From Salpingoeca rosetta (lineage: Eukaryota; Protista; Choanoflagellata): a stretch of 64,000 nt of DNA. A program made the translations under genes and the position numbers. Position 1 is the first letter of the stretch; each line of letters opens with the position of its first letter. Location: NCBI GenBank assembly GCA_033442325.1, contig JAWQFM010000001.1, positions 133,014 through 197,013 on the forward strand, written 5' to 3'. The notes under the pieces are model-generated. The model was given only the letters and a program-made list of their open reading frames with translations, ran no database searches and was not told the origin of the DNA. This document shows, in pieces, positions 39,939 to 64,000 of the stretch.

Positions 39939-40203
39939 GCATCCCAACCACCACCCCCTCTACAACCACAGCTACACCTCTAACTCTTTCCCAGCACCCT
40001 CGCCCGTGCGCGGTGGAAACTGAGATTGTGTTTTTGATGTGTTGTGGGACAGTGCGGGCGAATGACGAGTTTACTTGATGATGTGATGTGATGTGATTGA
40101 TTGCTTGGTCGGTTAGTTTGGTCGCCTGCGGTTTGTTTCTGTTTTTCTGTCGTCCGCCCTTGTGAGAGACCAAGAGCGAGGGAGTGTGAATGTGTGTGTG
40201 GAA

Positions 40204-40260
<57 letters not shown>

Positions 40261-41161
40261 ATGAGCTGCGGTTCACTGGGCATGATGACAGCTGACGACG
40301 ACGACGATGATGATGACTGTCTTGGATGCTGACGATGAGATGGACGATGCAATGCACTGGCTGACTGCTTTCTCCAGCTGCTACAAAGATGGCGGTTGGT
40401 CGTCGCTGTTCCTCCTCTCCCACACTGGGTTCAGCTGACGCGTTCACCCATTATGTTGTCTTGTTCTGACTTGTCTGCTGGCTTGTGTGCCTCGTTTGTC
40501 ATCACATCACGGCTGCGGCTGCTGCTGTCTCTCGTCTCTTTTTCTTTTTTCATCCACCTCAGTGCTACACACGAGTGCTTGATTTGCGTGTGTGTGTGTG
40601 TTTGCTTGCTGCTTTTCCCGTCGCCGTTCTTGTTGTGTTCCATCCCTCAACCCTTGTCCCCTTACCCTCCACCAACCAACCACGCACTGCGGCGAGCACC
40701 ATACGTTGTGCTCACTGTTGGGTCGAGGTGGAACGGGAACGCCACCCTTTTCCTTTCCTTTTCTCTTTGCTCCCCTCCTTTGCTTCCCTTCCCCTGTTTC
40801 TTTCCTCCTCCTCCTCACGCATACCCCTGGGATGGGCACTCCATTCGTAGTTCGAAGAGCATAGACGAAAGCAGATGTGACATGTTGAATGACATGACAT
40901 ATGATACAGTGAACGAAATGGCGGCGAGGACCGAGAGGAGGGGAGGACACAGGGTGCACACACACACTCACTCACTCACTCACACTCACACTCACACACC
41001 ACACCAGAACGAGTTTGCTTGCTTGTAAAACATTCATTCGTTTGACTTTTCGCGCAGCCGCCAAGCACGCAAAGTTAGTTGTCTGTGGCTGCTGGCTTGG
41101 CTGGCTGGATGGCAACGACAGCAGGCAGGGCACCACAGGCACCACCAGCAGGACGAAGGGC

Positions 41162-46915
<5,754 letters not shown>

Positions 46916-47370
46916 GCAGCAGCAGCAGCTGGTGCAGGATGGTGGTGGGAGAGAAGAGGGCGGTGGTGATGGGGAAGGGCGCCAGGACAGTCAGCAGACA
47001 ATCATGAGGCCTGTGGAGGGCGACCCGCTGTTCTGTTTACAGCGCCGTGGCGAAGGCACCAACTAGGGAAGCACGCGTGCTCGTGCTTATAGGTTGGAGG
47101 GTGGGAGACGCTGACGGAGAGAAGAAGGGCTGTTGGGGGCACGGTTGGACGCATGCGAAGTTGGGGGGGGGAGAGGGGTTGCATGCAGTTAACGAGAGGC
47201 CTGCTGTTGGTTACACTGCACCCACGCAGCAGCAGCAGCAGCAGCATGGGCGAGGCGAGGCGAGGAAGATGGCTTTGGTTGGTCTGTTGTGTGCAAGAGA
47301 GATTGTGTTTACGTGCGAAGCTAGATGGAGAATGCGAGGGTGGGGTACAGAGGATGGGCAGCGGCGTGAG

Positions 47371-48474
47371 TTAGTTGCATGAGCCGTCTGCTGGGCCCGT
47401 GCGCCATCGCTCGTCCACTTTTGAGCAGTCAAACTGCGGCTTTCCAAGCCTGGTTATTGTGTTGTGTTGTGTGTGTGTATGTGTGTGTGTGTGTGTTGTT
47501 AGACGACAAAGAGTATGGCAGAGGAGCTCGAAATATTAAACGCCACCAAGCAGCAGCCCGGGATACAGCAGAGGAAGGTAACGAGCAAAGCAGCCACACC
47601 TGTCGTTGACTTCATTGTGCATCTCACACATCCACAGGGAAAAGTCCTTTCGAGTTGCAAGCTGCAGGTCAGGTGGGCGATGATCATGAATGAACGAGCA
47701 CCCACATGGTATAAGCACACATACACGCACAAACGATCCGCACGCACGCACGCACACGCATAAACACACACACACACACACGCACGCATATACACACACA
47801 CACGTGCTTTTGCATACAACCCCCTCCTCTCCCATCCCCTTTGCATGAGCGCACCCTGGGCGGGTTCCGCATCATCTCCTGCCATGTTGTGTCCCCGCAG
47901 TAGCCGCATGGATACAGCTGCACGTAGAGATGCATAAAGTCGCGCATGCGGTCTTGCTCCTGTCGCGACGGCTTTTCTGCACATGCGATTGAGAGACAAG
48001 TAGGACAATGGCAAGTCGAGCCGTGGTGTTAGTCGATCGCGCTATCGTTCACATGTAGTGTGCGTGTGTGAGCGTTGGAGGGGCTGGGACAGCCCAGATA
48101 CGGGAGATGAGTAGTGCCCAGCAGCGCCAGCTGTTGCAAACAATGTGTGGTGACACATGAGGGAAGTGCGAAAGTGCCAGCTATCCTGACCTGGGTAGTA
48201 CGCTGCCATTGTATGCAAGAAGGCCCAGCTGGCACGACCCAGCTCTCGCCGATTTACCGGACACCCAGAGTGCATGTACGCAAACGGCGTCTTCCCTTGC
48301 TGTTGTGTAGTGGAGTGGATGAGTGGGTGGGTGAAGAGAGCATGAGTTTGCATGCAAGGTTGCTCTTGGTGCGTGCATCAAACATGTACATCGCTCAGCC
48401 TGTCTCAAGAGGCTTAAGGGATGACACAAACGCTATCCACAAATACACGTGTCCACACACACACACACACACTA

Positions 48475-48525
<51 letters not shown>

Positions 48526-48526
48526 G

Positions 48527-48557
<31 letters not shown>

Positions 48558-48558
48558 G

Positions 48559-48602
<44 letters not shown>

Positions 48603-48869
48603 TCTCCCTCCCTCCCTCCCTCACACACACACACAAGCACACACACACACAAGCACACACTCTCACTCACTCACGCACGCACGCACGCACGCACACTCAC
48701 GCACCGCTGGTGTGGATGACGTGGAGGTTGCCAATGCCTTTCTTCTTGCGGCTTGCTCCTGCTGCTCTGTTGGTCCACTGCACGCAAGGCATGGCTTCTG
48801 CTCTGCTGCCGCGCTGGGGCTCTTCTCAGCTGTGGTGCATGCAGCACCTTGTCCGTTCTCCTCCGACAT
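47371..48869 (-). CDS. GFER: FAD-linked sulfhydryl oxidase ERV1/ALR; 5 exons
   Basis: Shuttle motif KPCLAC, then [24 protein letters not shown], redox YPCGYC, and [20 protein letters not shown] (Cx16C). Ends [14 protein letters not shown]. Confidence 0.95.
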
Positions 48870-49211
48870 GCTTTTGCTTCCTTGCTTTGTGTTTGTGCTT
48901 TGTCCCACTGCGTTGCCCGCGTTGTTCCGTGCTGCTGCAGACAGCGGCTGAGTGTGAATGCTGCCTTGTGCTGTGAAACAACGATGAGGAGGGAGGACAA
49001 GAAAGCGCGCGAGTTGGAAAGTGTGCGCAACACCCCAAAAACACGTGTGGCACTCTAGCGACTGAATTCAGTGTTTATTGTTCTGTGCAGGAGCAGACTG
49101 GCACAGCCCAGTACACACATACCTCGTCCTTGTCCCCTCCTTTGTTGTTCAGTTGTTCGTACGCGGGAAAAACAACACAGCCGCCATCAGCAGTAGCAGC
49201 AGTGTTGTTCA

Positions 49212-49299
<88 letters not shown>

Positions 49300-49327
49300 G
49301 CACACACGCACGCACACACGCACGCAC

Positions 49328-52312
49328 ATGGCAAGGATCAGCTCGAGAATACGCGTGCTGTTGGTGGTGCTTGCGTTTTCGGCTGGATGGGTGTCACGCG
49401 CCCTCTTCGACACATGGCCAACAACACCACGCCATGGCCACAGCAACAGGCATCATGCCGCCCGCAAACAACCAGCAGCGCGATCACTATCACGTGGTGA
49501 ACAACCGAATTGGCTCGACTGGGCGTCCTACCTAACCGGCACCACAGATGTGGACACCGCTAGCAGCAACAACTACAACACGTACAACGACCACGGTCAA
49601 GGCAGCCCAGTGGCTCGCAGCATCATCAGCGCTGTCACAGGGACGGGCATACAGCCCAGATCGGAGCAGGAGCAGTATGCATTGCAGGCGGCAGCGCATT
49701 CGCAGGCAGGGGTCAACGCGGCTGCGTACTGGCGCCAGCTGCAAGAGCAGCACCACTTGCGACCCTTGATACCTCCGCTCCCCGCGCAGGAGTTTGCCAC
49801 ACAGGCCCTCAGGAGGCACGGGCGGGAGCCGGGCCCCGTTCGCGTGTGCTTGGTGACAAGCGCGATGGGCGGGCCCACACCCAGCGGGGGCGTCGGCACG
49901 GCCTTCCACGCGCTCGCCATGCACCTGGCCGAGGCAACATCGCCCAGCGGGGAGTACCTGTTTGCCGTCAGCGTCGTCTACGCCGCACACCCGTGGTACG
50001 GCCGCGGCAAAGAGCAGGAGTGGGTCGAGCACTTTGCCCAGCATCGCATCCGCTTTCTCCCGCTCACCACCAGCGTGCGCAAGTTCTATGGGCCATCGCT
50101 CGTGGTGCGATCATACAAGGTCATGGAGCTGCTGCGGGAGCGCGAGTCTGAGTTTGACGTCGTCACCTTCCACGACCACATGGGGATCGGGTACTTCACC
50201 ACCATGCTGAAGCGGCAGGGGCTGGCCTTCCAGAGGCTCTTCCTCTTTGGCCAAGGCCACGGCACCATCCGCTGGGCTGACCACCTCAACTACCGCCCGC
50301 CCAAGGACCACAACACACTCGCATACTATCACATGGAGCAGAAGGCCATGGAATGGGCGGACGCGCGCGTGTACCCGAGCAGGTACTACCTGGACTGGGC
50401 GCAGGGGCCGCACTCCAACTTCAACTTCTCACACGGATACAGTTTTGTGGTGCAGAACCTGCTGTACCCGCTCCCGCACGACGAACAGGCAGTAACAGTG
50501 CGCCACCCGCGGCACTTTGTGTTCTTCGGGCGCTTGGAGGTGCGCAAGGGCCTGCTCGTGTTCCTGGATGCGCTCGCACACACCACGCCGCAGGAGGTGG
50601 GCCACGTGTCGTTCCTGGGGCCAAGCGTCACCATCAACGACAAGAAGTCTGTGCAGGTGATTGAGGAGCGGATGGCGGCCATCGAGTGGCCCACGCAACA
50701 CTACACCGTGCGCGCCAACCTCAACTCCGAAGAGGCGCTCAAGTACATTGAAGACAACAATGCGGTGGCCGTCATCCCAACGCTGGGCGACAACTCGCCA
50801 TATGTGGTGATTGAGCTTGTGGCGCGAGAGATTCCGCTCATCACAACCACGGCCGGCGGCGGCGCAGAGCTGCTGATGGTGACACCCGACACGGCCCCGT
50901 ACATTGTTGAGCCGAACGACGCCAAGGGGCTCGCAGGCGCCATGCAGCACGCCGTGAAGCACGGCATATCCAACTACCGAACAGCGGTACCCTTCTCCAC
51001 CACGCGCAGCACGTATCTCTCCCTCGTGCAAGCGTTTGCGGCGCTCCGCCATACCAGCGCGCACGCGTCTGGCATTAGCGACCAGGCCGACCCTGATGAT
51101 GACGCTCATCATGTGCAGGGGGAGGCGGAGAACGGCAACGGTGATGGTGACGATGACACATGGGCCGGGTTTGCGCGCAGGGACGGGCCGCCAAAGGTGC
51201 TGCTTGGCATCACCAGCCACGACCGCCCCGGGGACCTGGAGAGGGCCGTGCAGAGCCTGATCAACCAGGAGTACGCGAGCGACAGCATGACGGTGATGAT
51301 TGTGGACGACGCCAGCACGCATCCAGACATGAACGCCACGCTCGATCGGATACGGGCGAAGCTGGACGACAGCGGCATCAGCCATCGCATTGTGACCAAC
51401 ATGCAACATCGCTTTGTTGCGCAGACGCGAAACGACATTATCGCCCATGGCGCCATCACGGGCAAGGACTTTGTCTGCTTCCTGGTGAGGGGTTTGTGTG
51501 TGTGCGCGCGCGTGTGTATGTGTTGTGTGCGTGCATGTGTGCATGTGTGTGTGTTTGTGCATGTGTGTGTTTGTTTGTTTGCGCGTGTGTGTGCATGTGT
51601 GTGTGTGTGTGTGTTTGTGCATGTGTATTGTGTGTGTGTGTGTGTGACCGTGCGGATTGAACACCCCCCCCCACACACACATGCGCGTTCTGGGGCGGTT
51701 GGCCACTTTCAACTGTGCTCTGTGTTCACGCCTACTTGCAACCCTTTGCACCTGCTGTCGTGTTTCAACTGCGACCAGGATGATGACGACGAGGCGGAAC
51801 CAACGATGGTGCAGGTGTACATGAAGGCTGCGCTGCGCACGAACGCCGATCTGGTCACAGACATCTCAGACAACTTTGACACAGACGAGGATGGCAACAC
51901 GGTGTTCTCGCACCGCTCGCTCTCGCTTGGTGATGGACTGTCCCACAACCTCCTCATCAACAACTTTGGCAAGGCCAACTTCTGCGTGCGCCCTGGCAAA
52001 GCCATGTCGATTGGGGGCCACTACGACACCATGCCGTATGCGGACTCCCCGTATGTTGACTGGTCGTTTCTGACACGCGCCAGCCTGTCCGGGCTGAGGA
52101 TCGAGCTCGTCCCGCTGCCGCTTTACCGATACACGAAGCACTCCAAGGGCAGCATCTGGTACACGCGCACGGGTCGGGTCGACCAATACAACGGGCACTA
52201 CAAGATCATCCAGGATGCACTTGCGTATGTGCCCCCAAAGATGGCTGACCTGTTCATGTACTGCCGATACAAACTCGGGCAGCCGTACGTCCCAGCAGAT
52301 GGCGCTCTCTAG
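49328..52312 (+). CDS. Type II membrane bifunctional glycosyltransferase, GT4 (GT-B) + GT2 (GT-A) domains; single intron 51485-51778; ~896 aa
   Basis: N-terminal TM segment (IRVLLVVLAFSAGWV). GT4 motifs VCLVT..GGVGT, FFGRLEVRKG and DNSPYVVIE (D/E-x7-E). GT2 motifs LLGITSHDR, QSLINQEY, IVDDAS, FL|DDDD and VDWSFL. Confidence 0.88.
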   Translation: MARISSRIRVLLVVLAFSAGWVSRALFDTWPTTPRHGHSNRHHAARKQPAARSLSRGEQPNWLDWASYLTGTTDVDTASSNNYNTYNDHGQGSPVARSIISAVTGTGIQPRSEQEQYALQAAAHSQAGVNAAAYWRQLQEQHHLRPLIPPLPAQEFATQALRRHGREPGPVRVCLVTSAMGGPTPSGGVGTAFHALAMHLAEATSPSGEYLFAVSVVYAAHPWYGRGKEQEWVEHFAQHRIRFLPLTTSVRKFYGPSLVVRSYKVMELLRERESEFDVVTFHDHMGIGYFTTMLKRQGLAFQRLFLFGQGHGTIRWADHLNYRPPKDHNTLAYYHMEQKAMEWADARVYPSRYYLDWAQGPHSNFNFSHGYSFVVQNLLYPLPHDEQAVTVRHPRHFVFFGRLEVRKGLLVFLDALAHTTPQEVGHVSFLGPSVTINDKKSVQVIEERMAAIEWPTQHYTVRANLNSEEALKYIEDNNAVAVIPTLGDNSPYVVIELVAREIPLITTTAGGGAELLMVTPDTAPYIVEPNDAKGLAGAMQHAVKHGISNYRTAVPFSTTRSTYLSLVQAFAALRHTSAHASGISDQADPDDDAHHVQGEAENGNGDGDDDTWAGFARRDGPPKVLLGITSHDRPGDLERAVQSLINQEYASDSMTVMIVDDASTHPDMNATLDRIRAKLDDSGISHRIVTNMQHRFVAQTRNDIIAHGAITGKDFVCFLVRGLCVCARVCMCCVRACVHVCVFVHVCVCLFARVCACVCVCVFVHVYCVCVCVTVRIEHPPPHTHARSGAVGHFQLCSVFTPTCNPLHLLSCFNCDQDDDDEAEPTMVQVYMKAALRTNADLVTDISDNFDTDEDGNTVFSHRSLSLGDGLSHNLLINNFGKANFCVRPGKAMSIGGHYDTMPYADSPYVDWSFLTRASLSGLRIELVPLPLYRYTKHSKGSIWYTRTGRVDQYNGHYKIIQDALAYVPPKMADLFMYCRYKLGQPYVPADGAL

Positions 52313-52455
52313 GCTTAGGAGAAGGTGATGATGATGATGATGATGATGATGATGACGACGAGGGCGAGAGCGGGGATGGGGTAGGGGGCAACGTGCATGT
52401 GCGAGAGTGCGGTGACAGAAAGAGAGAAAGTGTATATGCGTGAGTGTGTGTGTGT

Positions 52456-52570
<115 letters not shown>

Positions 52571-53024
52571 CGTCGATTTGTGGGAGGTGCTGGTGTGCAT
52601 TGTGATGTGCTGTGCACATGTCGCCATGGCAACACATGCCGCTGCCATCTCTGTGATGGGCTTGCCCTTGCTCAATTTGTCCACTTGTTAGGCGTTGGCC
52701 TTCGCTGCTTCACGTTCATGTCTGTCTGAAGATGTTTCCAGCTGGTTCATCACGTTACACTGTCGCTTCTTGTGCACGAGCAATGCATGGGAGCTCTTCC
52801 CTTCATGACCAGTAAACAATGGATCCACGCTCACGTTGGGAAGAGATGCGGTGTGTCGGAAACAACATCTGCCGACGCAAGCAGCCGACCCGATGTGCAC
52901 ACAATCGCACACACATACACATACACATACATACACATTCGCGCGCGCACATGTACATCACACCACAACGACATTCGCACCACAAATACATGAAACGCAA
53001 TCATGTGATGGTGGAAGTGCCACA

Positions 53025-57358
<4,334 letters not shown>

Positions 57359-57857
57359 GGCAGCTCCTGAACCCAACACGTGTCTGCTAACTGAGTGCTT
57401 CACTTCAACGTGCAGCGGTCGCAGAACGAAGAGGCCAAGGTCCTTAACAAGGTCAGCCGCCAGGAACAACTTACAAGGTGTGTATATTGTGTGTGGCGTG
57501 TGTGGTGTGTGTTTTGTGAGTCGTGTATTGGGTGTTTGCGCGCAAAGGGGAAAACAGAACGGCTGAACGGGTGAAGAGAGAGAGAAAGAAGACGAAGATT
57601 CACAAACGAAAGACGAGGGAAGCAGAAACACAGAGAGCACACACAGAGAACTGAACGACATTTGGCAACTGACACGCAGCAGACGCGAACGACACTGAGG
57701 ACAACAAGCAAGAAGTGAGCAGCAACCCAGCGACGGGAGCAAGTGCTGGAGGCAGAGCAGGTTGGGGTTGCTAGGGTTGGTTGGCGTACTGGCGATGTGC
57801 ATTCGATCGCTGTGAGGAAGAAGGAAGGAACATTCAAGTACGTGTGACGGGAGTGAG

Positions 57858-64000
<6,143 letters not shown>

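Noticed and set aside
39135-39947. 270-aa antisense ORF opposite MAT; similar ones opposite PDP, the UVR gene and the glycosyltransferase
   Set aside because: Expected shadow of strong C/G-ending codon bias; no independent protein features.
49085-49327. N-terminal extension of the 1075-aa ORF
   Set aside because: It starts at a non-ATG codon and translates a CA repeat; the ATG at 49328 gives a proper type II anchor.
52620-52633. Near-perfect RFX X-box GTCGCCATGGCAAC
   Set aside because: It lies between two convergent 3' ends with no supported gene start nearby.

Overview
This is a gene-dense, intron-rich eukaryotic window with (GT)n/(CA)n microsatellites in most introns, GC-rich exons and two N gaps. 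The style strongly suggests a choanoflagellate, probably Salpingoeca rosetta (inference). Most ORFs in the supplied track are microsatellite artefacts. Splicing exons by hand gives 14 protein-coding genes: NEK2-like kinase (-), TFIIIC subunit GTF3C6-like (-), lipoyl(octanoyl)transferase LIPT2/LipB (+), HPD (-), a large coiled-coil UVR-motif protein (+), a PDP-type PP2C phosphatase (+), a DENND3-like DENN-GRAM-WD40 protein (+), TMEM97/sigma-2 receptor (-), SAM synthetase MAT (+), a SUV4-20 H4K20 methyltransferase with an extra PWWP-like domain (+), ERV1/GFER (-), an intron-poor GT4-GT2 double glycosyltransferase (+), an ARM-repeat protein (-) and an importin-beta-family gene running off the right edge (+). 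The main points of interest are five. (1) SUV4-20 appears fused to a PWWP-like reader, and its catalytic SET exon is exactly duplicated in tandem. (2) A hairpin encloses the MAT intron-2 acceptor at the position used for METTL16/SAM feedback in invertebrates. (3) Introns show a GU-5'/CA-3' repeat polarity and some acceptors lack a pyrimidine tract. (4) The bifunctional glycosyltransferase is a possible horizontal acquisition. (5) There are five head-to-head gene pairs, one with only 67 bp between ATGs. No rRNA, tRNA, CRISPR array or recognisable transposon was seen.
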